DNA of 64,000 nucleotides from the human T2T-CHM13v2.0 reference genome, Homo sapiens, in the NCBI RefSeq assembly GCF_009914755.1, contig NC_060932.1; one strand, 5' to 3'. Below are positions 13,903-26,486 of this stretch, piece after piece. A model generated the notes under the pieces. That model did no database searches. It worked only from the letters and a program-made list of their open reading frames with translations, and was not told where the DNA came from. Both the position numbers and the translations under genes were made by a program. Every line of letters starts with the position of its first letter. Positions within the stretch are counted from its first letter, which is position 1.

Positions 13903-14929
13903 AGTCTGGGCAACAGAAGGACAATATGGACGAACAAAGAATGCCTGTCCTGTTCAAATTAAACTAAAGGATTCTGCCTCCTTTCCCTACCAAAGGCAGT
14001 ACCCTCTTAGACCCAAGGCCCAACAAGGACTCCAAAAAATTGTTAAGGACCTAAAAGCCCAAGGCCTAGTAAAACCATGCAATAGCTCCTGCAATACTCC
14101 AATTTTAGGAGTACAGAAACCCAACAGACAGTGGAGGTCAGTGCAAGATCTCAGGATTATCAATGAGGCTCTTATCCCTCTATACCCAGCTGTACCTAAC
14201 CCTTGTACTCTGCTTTCCCAAATACCAGAGGAACCAGAGTGGTTTACAGTCATGGACCTTAAGGATGCCTTTTTCTGCATCCCTGTACATCCCAACTCTC
14301 AATTCTTCTTTGCCTTTGAAGATCCTTCAAACCCAACGTCTCAACTCACCTGGACTGTCTTATCCCAAGGGTTCAGGGATAGCCCCCATCTATTTGGCCA
14401 GGCATTAGCCCAAGACTTTAGCCAGTTCTCATACTTGGACACTCTTGTCCTTTGGTACGTGGATGATTTACTTCTAGCCGCCCATTCAGAAACCTTGCTC
14501 CATCAAGCCACCCAAGCGCTTTTAAACTTCCTTGCCACTTGTGGCTACAAGGTTTCCAAACCAAAGGCTCAGCTCTGCTTACAGCAGGTTAAATACTTAA
14601 GGCTAAAATTATCCAAAGGCACTAGGGCCCTCAGTGAGGAATGTATCCAGCATATACTGGCTTATCCTCATCCCAAAACCCTAAAGCAACTAAGAGGGCT
14701 CCTTGGCATAACAGGCTTCTGCCGAATATGGATTCCCAGGTATGGCAAAATAGTCAGGCCATTAAATACACTAATTAAGGAAACTCAGAAAGCCAATACC
14801 CATTTAGTAAGATGGACACCTGAAGCAGAAGCGGCTTTCCAGGCCCTAAGGAAGGCCCTAACCCAAGCCCCAGTGTTAAGCTTGCCAACGGGGCAAGACT
14901 TTTCTTTATATGTCACAGAAAAAAAATAG
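13877..14929 (+). pseudogene. pol: HERV-W reverse transcriptase domain, 350 open codons
   Basis: QDLR, DLKDAFF, LSQGF.DSP and YVDD motifs, thumb region; frameshift in the A-run at ~14920. Confidence 0.93.
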
Positions 14930-16122
14930 GAATAGCTCTAGGAGTCCTTACACAGGTCTGAGGGACCAGCTTGCAACCTGTGGCATACTTGAGTAAGAAA
15001 ATTGATGTAGTGGCAAAGGGTTGGCCTCATTGTTTACAGGTAGTGGCAGCAGTAGCAGTCTTAGCCTCCGAAGCAGTTAAAATAATACAAGGAAGAGATC
15101 TTATGTGTGTGGACATCTCATGATGTGAACAGCATACTCACTGCTAAAGGAGACTTGTGGCTGTCAGACAACCATTAGCTTAAATATCAGGCTCTTATTT
15201 GAAGGGCCAGTGCTGCGACTGCGCACTTGTGCAACTCTTAACCCAGCCACGTTTCTTCCAGACAATGAAGAAAAGATAGAACATAACTGTCAACAGGTGA
15301 TTGCTCAAACCTACGCCGCTCGAGGGGACCTTCTAGAGGTTCCCTTGACTGATCCCAACCTCAACTTGTATACTGATGGAAGTTCCTTTGTGAAAAAAGG
15401 ACTTCAAAAAGTGGAGTATGCAGTGGTCAGTGATAATAGAATACTTGAAAGTAATCCCCTCACTCCAAGAACTAGCATTCAGCTGGCAAAACTAATAGCC
15501 CTCACTCGGGCATCAGAATTAGGAAAAGGAAAAATGGTAAATATATATACAGACTCTAAGTATGCTTACCTAGTCCTCCATGCCCACACAGCAATATGGA
15601 GAGAAAGGGAATTTCTAACTTCCGAGAACACCTATCAAACATCAGGAAGCCATTAGGAGATTATTATTGGCTCTACAGAAACCTAAAGAGGTGGCAGTCT
15701 TACACTGCCGGGGTCATCAGAAAGGAAAGGAAAGGGAAATAGAAGGGAACCGCCAAGCGGATATTGAAGCCAAAAGAGCTGCAAGGCGGGACCCTCCATT
15801 AGAAATGCTTATAGAAGGACCCCTCTTATGGGGTAACCCCCTCCAGGAAACCAAGCCCCAATACTCAGCAGAAGAAATCGAATGGGGAACCTCACGAGGA
15901 CATAGTTTCCTCCCCTCAGGATGGCTAGCCACGAAAGAAGGAAAAATACTTTTGCCTGCAGCTAACCAATGGAAATTACTTAAAACCCTTCACCACACCT
16001 TTCACTTAGGCATTGATAGCACCCATCAGATGGCCAAATCATTATTTACTGGACCAGGCCTTTTCAAAACTATCAAGCAGATAGTCAAGGCCTGTGACGT
16101 GTGCCAAAGAAATAATCCCCTG
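14930..16122 (+). pseudogene. pol: HERV-W pol connection, RNase H and integrase N-terminal HHCC finger (frameshifted, truncated)
   Basis: YTDGSS, QLAKLIAL (catalytic E appears as K), YTDSKY, GNRQAD; HHTFH..CDVC, after which homology stops. Confidence 0.9.
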
Positions 16123-16154
16123 CACTGCAGGGTATTATTTGAATACATTTGAAT

Positions 16155-16383
16155 CCCTGTATCTTTAACCTCCTTGTTAAGTTTGTCTCTTCCAGAATCA
16201 AAGGTGTAAAACTACAAATCGTTCTTCAAATGGAGCCCCAGATGCAGTCCATGACTAAGATCTACCGAGGACCCCTGGACCAGCCTGCTAGACCATGCTC
16301 CAATGTTGATGACATCGAAGGCACCCCTCCCAAGGACCCCTGCATGACCCCTACTACACTCCAATTCAGCAGGAAGCAGTTAG
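16155..16383 (+). pseudogene. env: HERV-W env TM cytoplasmic tail fragment
   Basis: PCIFNLLVKFVSSRI..KLQIVLQMEPQMQSMTKIYRGPLD.PA, matching the syncytin-1-like tail; native stop agcagttag. Confidence 0.92.
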
Positions 16384-16441
16384 AGCGGTTGTCGGCCAAC
16401 CTCCCCAAGAGCACTTGGGTTTTCCTGTTGAGAGGAGGTAC

Positions 16442-16769
16442 CGAGAGACAAGACTAGCTGGATTTCCTAGGCCGACTAAGAATCCCCAAGCCTAGCTGGG
16501 AAGGTGACGCATCCACCTTTAAACACAGGGCTTGCAACTTAGCTCACACCCAACCAATCAAGTAGTAAAGAGAGCTCACTAAAATGCTAATTAGGCAAAA
16601 ACAGGAGGTAAAGAAATAGCCAAACATCTATCGCCTGCCTGAGAGCACAGGGGAAGGAACAATGATCGGGATATAAACCCAGGCATTTGAGCTGGCAATG
16701 GCTACCCACTTTGGGTCCCCTCCCTTTGTATGGGAGCTCTGTTTTCACTCTATTACATCTTGCAACTGC
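16442..16769 (+). promoter_or_regulatory. LTR17 U3-R (no U5)
   Basis: PPT gagaggagg, then (c/t)gagagaca.gactagctggatttcctagg; CCAAT 16554-16558; TATA ATATAAA 16671-16677; poly(A) signal reads ATTACA. Confidence 0.92.
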
Positions 16770-16961
16770 AAAAAAAAAAAAAAAAAAAAAAAAATCTCCT
16801 ATTAAAATAAAAAAAAAACAACTCCACATTAAAAATATGTTTGAATGACATTAACACGTTCTTATCAGTGCAAAGGTTAAGGGGTTATTCATCACAACAA
16901 TATGAGGCATAGGTACTCAGGCATATTTATAAACATGCTTAAGGATGTGTTTGTATGAACT

Positions 16962-17063
16962 TAGTGGGTAAACATCTCCACATGTAACGATAAATAAATA
17001 AATATAAACTAATAGTGGGTAAACATCTCCACATGTAATGATAAATAAATAAATATAAACTAA
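16962..17063. repeat. 51-bp direct tandem duplication
   Basis: TAGTGGGTAAACATCTCCACATGTAA(C/T)GATAAATAAATAAATATAAACTAA twice, one mismatch. Confidence 0.95.
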
Positions 17064-17269
17064 ATGTTGTCTGGAGAGAGAGAATCACATGCCTAGGATG
17101 TTCAGAGAAGCAGGTGGGCTTCAGCGCTGAGAGCAGTGGCTCTCCTGGCTGCTGCCGCTCGGCACACCCTCCATTCTCGCTGATCTGGAAAGGCTCCTGG
17201 TAGCTCAGCAACCAGCATGCCTGGAGTCTCCATTCCTTTCTCAGCAGAGAGCTGGGGGTGGGCCCAGCA

Positions 17270-17470
17270 AACCTAGATTAGAATCCTGACTGTGCCTCTT
17301 ACTACCCAATGTGACCTCAAACAGTTCAATCTCTGTGCCTCAATTTCCTCATGTGTAACATAGAGATAGAGATGTCTAACTTCATAGGGTCCCTGTGAAA
17401 ATTAAATTAGATAATGAATAGGTGTAACATGCTTCACACAGTGGATGGTTCAGTAAGTGCTGGCTTTTGT
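17270..17470 (+). mobile_element. MIR SINE
   Basis: tctctgtgcctcaatttcctcatgtgtaac. Confidence 0.65.
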
Positions 17471-17610
17471 AATGATCAAAACTTCCCTTTCCAATGATCT
17501 CAAGACTTAAAGATAGTGAAATGTGACTCTAAGAAAAAACAAAACTTAGTAATTTTCATAGCAAAACCCAGTGTGAGGATTCCAGACTGCAAGACAGGGA
17601 GATCTTTCTA

Positions 17611-17884
17611 GACTTGAAACGTGGCTAGTCTGAATTGAGATGTACTGTGAGTTTAAAATAAACACCAGATTTCTAAGATGTATTTAAAAAAAGAATCTAA
17701 ACTACATCATTAATATTTTTAAAATACTGATTACATATTGAAATAACATTTTAGACACGGTGGTTAAATTTATATTATTAAAATTAATATCACCTATTTC
17801 TTTTCAGTTTTTAAAAATGTGGCTACTGGAAAACTTAACATGTGTCTCACAACATTTTATATATATATATTTGGATGGCACTGT
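17611..17884. mobile_element. MER33/MER3-type hAT-Charlie fragment
   Basis: aacgtggctagtctgaattgagatgt..aaatgtggctactggaaaac..ttggatggcactg. Confidence 0.75.
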
Positions 17885-20800
17885 TCTAGAACATTGAAGT
17901 AACATTGAGAGAAGTACTTCATTAAACTAAATCCTAGGGCACTAAAATAGTTAATTCATCTCCCCAAGGTACTATTTGAAAATAACTCAATTACATGAGA
18001 ACACAAAATGAAATATGTCACAAACTGCTAATCACATCATTAAATATAGTCTCCCTTGTTGCAGAGTATAATCATTCATGAAAATAAAGGGCTCAGGGAC
18101 TTTCAAATCATGAAAAATTTCAAATATCCATTCAAAAAATCGTGTCATCCCTGCTAAGTTTGTCATAATCTAATCTGGCTGCAAATTAGTGCATGACATC
18201 TTCATCACAATTCACAAGGGCACTCAACTGGCACAAATACGCTTTTATTTATGCACAGAGCCAGGGAACGGGTGATCTTTGCTCAAAATAATGTGCTTAA
18301 CTAATGGACCATCCCTTTTACCATTGGGGAGGCCAGAAGTAATGAGGAGACACACATGAACTAACCAATATTAAACATTCAAGTAGCTAATTATGTGGTT
18401 TAAACTAGAAGACAAACAGATATATCTTTATTTTTTACTGATCCTCAAAGCTCATAAGTACCTAAATTTTTACTTATTCCCTTGTAGTAGTAAATTGCTA
18501 TGAGAAAATGAAAGTAATACAAAACAAACAGAAATGACACTTGTATGCATTAAAAACTGTACTTTAAAAAATCTGTGGTCAATAATTAAGAAAAACATTT
18601 ACAATTTGAATGATCAACTTTTAAAATGTTTAAGTTTAGAATAAAAACTGTGTGCTTTAAGAGGACACCCATTTCTTCTATTCCTACAACCTCCTGCAGC
18701 ATTCTTTTTCCTTAGTTTCGCTGTAAATATAGGTATCAGTGTCTCAATATATTTGATATAAACATTTCAAATTTCCAAATTCATAATTCAGGAGCTAAAT
18801 AGTTTTACTTCTTTTTGGGCTCCTATGGAATTTTAAAGCCATGTCACATTGTATTTTTGATGGCAGTCCCTACTTCTGCAATGTTATCGTTGGCTATATT
18901 AAGCTTTATAGATAGTCAAGATAGAGAAATTTCACGGAATTCCCAAGCACAGGGAGAAATTCTGCAGTTTTGGTTGGTAGGGCTGTGGCAATTATGCAGC
19001 TAAGTTCCAGGACTAGAAAAATGCTCTGAGGGGAAATTTAACTATGAGGGGGAAATGACATCTTCAGGAGAAATACCATTATGTATGGATAATGCCCAGT
19101 ATCTTAATAGACTTGCCACCTACCTCAACCAAAGTTTTAAGTAAGTGATATACCTTAAACTTGTAAATAATAGAATACTCTATAAAATGTACAATCAACT
19201 TTGCTAGAAAACATGCATATCACAAGGGGATTACTATATATGAATGTGTCTATTAAAAATATTCCTCTGCAATTCCTCTTTCTATAATTTTGGAAGAACT
19301 TTCATATCTTAAAATACCAGTAAATGCACATGAGCATGACCAAATTCCACATATCAGATTACAGCTGCAAAAACTTTGTACTTCAAAATGAAGTCAAACA
19401 CGAGCTCAGAACCAAGCAGACTCTAAAGACAGTGTGTACAAAACAGGAACAAGCAGGCCCTTTGGAAAGATAAGGAAAACATCAAAATCGTCTCAACTAC
19501 TCTTAACTGATTAAATATATTTCTGTCAAGGGAAAGTAGATTTAATTTCCTGGGACAGCTCGGACTTTCTCACAACTCAGACTTTCTCATGATTGTTGTG
19601 AAGATTGTAAAATGGAACAATCACTTTAATCACTTTGGGAAACTGACAGCTTCTTATAAAATTAAACAAATGTCTACTTTATGCTTTCAGGTATTTACCC
19701 AAGCGAAGTGTAACCTCATACAATGTTTCCAGCACTGTTGGAAAGATTAAATAAAATCATAAACAAGAAAGTTGCTTACACAGGGTTGGGCATGTGGGAG
19801 GAGCTTATTAAATAGGTTCAATCGCCTTTTATGTTTTGAATGTATAATAAAAGGCGAAAGATTTATACCATCTGAAGAGAAAGCACAGTATATATTTTTG
19901 GATGTAATATAAAAAAGTACAGGGTTTTAATAGGGCAGACCTGGGTTTATGTCCTGGTCTATTACCCATTGTATTCACTGATTCAACCTTTTTCGGACCT
20001 ACTCTGTGCAAAGCACTCTTCTAGATATTGGGGATATTGTACTGAATGTGATAGTTTGAGGCTTTACTCTTATGGGGTTCACATTCTAGCACCTTGGGCA
20101 AGATGTTTAAGTTTTCTGAACCTCATTTTTGCCTCCAACAGTTCAAGTAAATTCAGCACCTATGACATGCTGGGTATTACACTAAGTTTGGCAGCACAAG
20201 AACCAACTAGATAGAACCTACGTTTTCAAGTACTTTTACAAGTCCAATGGGGGCAGCAGACAAATAATCACGCAAATTCAGGTGCTGTGAGAGGGATCAG
20301 GACCCATTGTTACGGGCAATAGCAAACTCAGTCCTGGGTGCCATGGAGATTGGTCTCAGGAGTGAGTCAAAGAAGGCTTCTTGGAGAAAGGCATTTAAAT
20401 GCAGTCTGCAGAGTAAACCAGGCAAAAGGTCCTCACAATTCACATTATTAATAAGGTGAAATGAAAATATAGTTGGGAAAGTACACATCAATCAGTCCAT
20501 AAAGTCCTTCATAATATAAAGCAGCACTATTTCTATTTTAAAGGCAATAGTATTAAACTGGAAAATCATGGTGTAGTCCTGAATCCAGTTTATACTGTCT
20601 TTGACAACATGCTGTCTTCCGAATATGTGCTTCATCTGGACTTTCCACATCTGCTTCCTCGATCCCAATGCTTCTAGCTTTCTGCTTGAAGAAACTGGGT
20701 ACTTGAATAAATTGTTTTTAATCATATGGGACCAATTCTGACTTCCAGGCAAGTTCCTGGGATTTGCTAAATTCACGGTCTGCGGTGTAGCTCTGTGGTA

Positions 20801-21274
20801 GGCCACAGTGGCCTCAAAGCATAAAACAAGCCTTCCAAATAACCACGAATCTTGCTATTCTGGTACCCACCAAACATTTAATAATTTTTTTCAAGCTAAT
20901 TGAAAAGCCCTGTTTATGGGACTTGAATATAGTTTATACCATAAATAGCCAGAACTACAAAGCAGTACAGGAAACGCTAGCTCTGCTGGAAGACTTTTGA
21001 TTTGCATTTGCTCTTTTATTTTATATGCTACACAAACCTCTGAAAAATGGAAGTAGGGAGTGGGACTGGGGACAAGGGCTTAGTAAATTACTCTTTCCAA
21101 ATACTGTGGCATTAAAATAAACTTGGATGAAGGATGTCATTAGAGAAATACAGACTACATTCAGCACATCCTCATTCCATGGTGTACACTCAGGCTGAAT
21201 GAAGACCTTATAATTGCATCAGCAATTATGATGAAAGCCACTCCAACCACAAGAACTCTGAACCATTTAAGTAG

Positions 21275-21583
<309 letters not shown>

Positions 21584-22749
21584 TGAAAAAATGTTTAAAG
21601 CACTTCATTTTCCTCTTGGGAAGTTGCAACAGTTGTTAGATACAGCAATTCTCCTACAAACGGCAAGGCTTTATGTGAAGGCTATACTCCATCTTCAGAA
21701 ACATCTGTTTTATAGTCAGATGTCAGAGATGTTTCCTGGATTGTCAGAAGAAAAGAGATTGTGATGTAGAAATGCCCATTCCCAAAATAATGGCAAGTAT
21801 ATAACCAGAACAAAATCATTGGTATATCTAATAAAAGTGGGCACCATGCAAAGTCTAATGGAACCCTCTTCTCCAGCCTAAGTATGCTTGAGAGCCTCAT
21901 GTAAACAGAAGAAATGTGTCTGGTGAAGTGAGAATGGGGAAGTTTTTGTTCCTTGAAGGGAGAAACTGACCAACAGTAGGAGGCAGCTACCTGGTGCCAT
22001 GGCATCTGAGTTAAGGCCATCATCCAGTCCTCTCAGCTCCAGCATCAGTGCCTTCAAATATGACTTTAAGAGTTCTTCCTCTGCCCGGAAGGATCTCAGA
22101 AGATCCCCCTAGGCCCAAACCAACGTATTAGCAACGTCGTTCTTTTTTTAAACCACTGTGTAAAATCCATATTTTAGACTAGTGGAAATGGTAGGGGAAT
22201 GGGCATTGCTGTAGCAAATAGCAAGAGTGAAAGCAACTTATTCTTGGGTGGGACGAACCCAAGGAAAAGAATAGGAAAAAGTTCTAGAAACAGAAAGATT
22301 GGTGAGGGGAACTTGGCTTAGAGTCGGAAAGACACCAAAATTTGGAAGGAAGTTAAAAAACGAGGAAGGGAGAGAAGAAGGAAGTTACTAGTTCTGAGAC
22401 ATGTTCTCCAGCTTCTAGGCCGCCTCTGAGAGACATGGTCAGGCCCTTTTTTCTGGGGAGTAGGAGAAACGCAGAAATTCCATTCAAACCCTGGTTCATT
22501 TAACAAATACTTATTTAGCAACTAATGGTTCCAATCATTTTTCCTGGTGCTGGGGATTCAGCAGTGAAGAAGCAGAAACTGGTTTAAAGCAATTTGATAT
22601 CTACAGTCATCTACTAATGAGTGAGGTGTGATGTGAGTTCAGCCCCTGTGCCCACAACGGAATGGCCCCATCTACTTCCTAACTACTATATAATTTTAAC
22701 TACCTGCAAATGACCAACAGCCTTCACCTCCCTAGTAGATCAGGAGCCC

Positions 22750-22889
22750 TTTATTTACTCTTTTATTCGTAGAGATGGGGTCTCACTATGTTGACCAGGT
22801 TGGTCTTGAATTCCTGACCTCAAGAGATACTCCTGCCTCAGCCTCCCAAAGTGTTGGAATTACAGGTGTGAGCCCCTGCACCTCGCCCC
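22750..22889 (-). mobile_element. FLAM / Alu left monomer
   Basis: Single left-arm monomer. Confidence 0.85.
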
Positions 22890-23060
22890 ACTTTTTGTCT
22901 TTTATAGTGATTTTTACTGTATCTTTTCTGTACTTGTATACACAGGATGCTTGCCATTGTGTTATGGTCACCTACACCATTTAAACCAGTAAGATAGCAT
23001 GCAGTCGCATAATGTGGAAACAGCATATATCCTACCACATAGCCCTGAGGTGGGGCAGGA
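22890..23060 (+). mobile_element. Degenerate Tigger3-like fragment
   Basis: Resembles 31295-31470 of the Tigger3 copy (tttttactgta.ctttt..ccattgtgtta..accacatagcc). Confidence 0.5.
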
Positions 23061-23867
23061 TCTACTACGGAGGTTTAGAGTGCGGAATCATCTAATATAA
23101 CATGACCAGAGCTGCAACCTCTGATTTAGACAAGGAGTAAGGGTGCTGGCACCAGTGATCACCAGCTGCCCAACTACCAAAAATTACGCTTCCAAAATCT
23201 CTTGATGTTTATTCTGCATGAAGAGAAATTGAGTTGTCCTATGTGTGCCACTCATGACAGAAGCCCTTTTTTCCCCTTTACTCACACTTTTAATGCATAG
23301 AGAAAAACCCAGGGCTTGGCCCATAGTAAACATTTAACAAACACTCAATTAGCATTTGGTAAATCTCTTCCAAGGAAAAGTGTCCCTGTGGAGAGCAGCA
23401 GGACATAGGCACCTGTGATCTACACCTATGGTGTCAGTAACTGAACCAGGGATGGACCCTCCTTCCCTCTTTACCAGAGGTGACTTAGGCTTAATTCGGC
23501 CAGCCTGGGTGGTTCCAGGTGCGTGAATCTCCCCTCACCTACACTGTGTAAGGTGTTTGCCTTCTCACAGAATCACCTTAACTTCAGCTTGAACTTAGTC
23601 CTGTGTCCTGGAAGCTTCTAGTTAACTATCCCTTAGGCTAATCAAGAACTCCTCCTGGATGGGCAAGTGGTATCAGGCCAGGAGTTCAGGATATTCCTGC
23701 CTGCTCAGCCAAGGTATGGTCTCACAGTCCTCACACATCCCCCCAGGCAGCTGCAACATGGAACAGGGTTGGCACCACAGGCAATGACTGCCAACTTGTG
23801 TGCAATTGGGGGCCAGCTATGATTTCTCACTCTGACTCGGAGGGGTGGGATCTCCTCAAACTGTAAC

Positions 23868-24480
<613 letters not shown>

Positions 24481-25324
24481 AAGAGTTCAGGAATCTCTGA
24501 AGACATCTTGGGGTGACTGTTCCTAAACAAATCTTTTCGACTAAAAATCAGTTTAGGAAAAATAAAAATATTTATGAACGAATCACTCTAATAATTCTTG
24601 TGTGGGAAAATGTTTATTCTTGCAATGTAGATAACTGTGTTTTAATAAAACAATGTTAATGAGAAAACTTTTGCTTTTTTTTAACCACTCAAATCTTAAT
24701 ATCTGGACATATTTATTAGAAAAGAGGCAAGGTGGAAGAAGTCAACTGTCAGCTTGAAATCACATAAATAATCACACTGGAAAGACTTCTCACTCTTAGG
24801 GCGCCCTTCCCTGACCAAAGAATGACTCCCTGGGCCAGCGTGCTGGTTCTTTCCTGGTGTTTGTTTACAGTGACAATACAAGAGCCCTATAAGGAAGAGA
24901 GGAAGAGAAATAGACTGGATCTTGGTTTCTAACCTGTGGGCCTGAAGTTTCTGTCAGTCTGCTTGGACACTAACAACTGTCTCTTGACGGAACAATGTTT
25001 AATTTTCAGTCAAAACTATTTACCAAATGCTAATATGAGGCAAGCACTGTTTCAGGTGCTGCTATTTACCCACCACATATTTGTATTATTTTCCAAATGT
25101 ACATGGAAGATAGTATGAGTAAAATAAAAATTCATACACAAGCATTAATTCCCAGCAGCTGTTTCTCCTTTGCATTTTCCCAATCAATGGAATCTAAAAG
25201 TACATACATGTAAAGATTCTTGAAATTGCTTGATGCTAAAGTGTGATCTTTCAGCATCAAAAATCACTGTTTTGCTCTCCTTCAAGTGGTGTGAGTGGCA
25301 TGACTTGAAGTCAGCCAGGATTCT

Positions 25325-25622
25325 TTTTTGTTTGTTTGTTTTTGAGACAGAGTTTTGTTCTTGTTGCCCAAGCTGGAGTGCAGTGGCACGGTCTTGGCTC
25401 ACTGCAACCTCCACCTCCTGGGTTCAAGCGATTCTCAGCCTCCCAAGTAGCTGGGATTACAGGTGCCCACCACCACGCCCAGCTAATTTGTGTATTTTTT
25501 TTAGTAGAAATGGGGTTTCACCATGTTGGCCAGGCTGGTCTCAAACTCCTGACCTCAGGTGATCCGCCCACCTCCATCTCCAAAAGTGCTGGGATTACAG
25601 GTGTGAGCCACCATGCCTGGCC
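25325..25622 (-). mobile_element. AluSq-like
   Basis: TSD CAG(C/T)CAGGATTCT. Confidence 0.93.
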
Positions 25623-26124
25623 CCAGTCAGGATTCTGAGATGAGATCTACCCATTGCTTGTTATTGAGTTAATGGTCTCTTGTTAAGCAGCACTGGGTTT
25701 TAGAACCAACTATGGGCTGAGTTTAATTATTCAATGTTAATACATTCAACACAGATGATTTCATTATATAAATGCACTCACTACTTTGCAGTATTTCCTT
25801 AGGCATAATAAGCTTTTACCATAAAAGCCAAATCAACATTGATCTGCAAAACTGTCACTTTATATGCACTGTCAAGGGAAAAAGATAAAAAGGAAAAAAA
25901 AAACAACACAAAGTGAGATAAAGTAAACCTTTATCAAGGAACTGGACCAATACAATGATCAAACCAGCTCTCTCCATCCCTTTGGGGCAATCTGATTTAT
26001 AAGCTGAGGTTTCAAAGTGTATTTTATTTAATTGCTGAGGGCAAGAGAACAGTAGGAGGTTTTGAGCCAAGCTCTTTATAATGCTAGCCTGCTCTGCTTT
26101 GGGGGTAAACTTAAAAAAACTTAA

Positions 26125-26486
<362 letters not shown>

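Larger units (their letters stand above)
13295..16794 (+). mobile_element. HERV-W (HERV17-int + LTR17 U3-R) L1-retroposed processed pseudogene, 5'-truncated, internal pol-env deletion
   Basis: gag/pro/pol/env homology; LTR stops at the end of R (gcaactgca) followed by a 25-nt poly(A); TT/AAAA site at 13277-13282; TSD AAAATGACTCCTATTA (13279-13294) versus AAAATCTCCTATTA (16791-16804). Confidence 0.96.

Noticed and set aside
18141-18155. CGTGTCATCC match to antisense U6 snRNA
   Set aside because: Only 10 nt; the flanks do not match U6
20492-20806. 104-aa minus-strand ORF as a possible coding exon or pseudogene
   Set aside because: No recognisable homology in the frames examined and no clear splice sites
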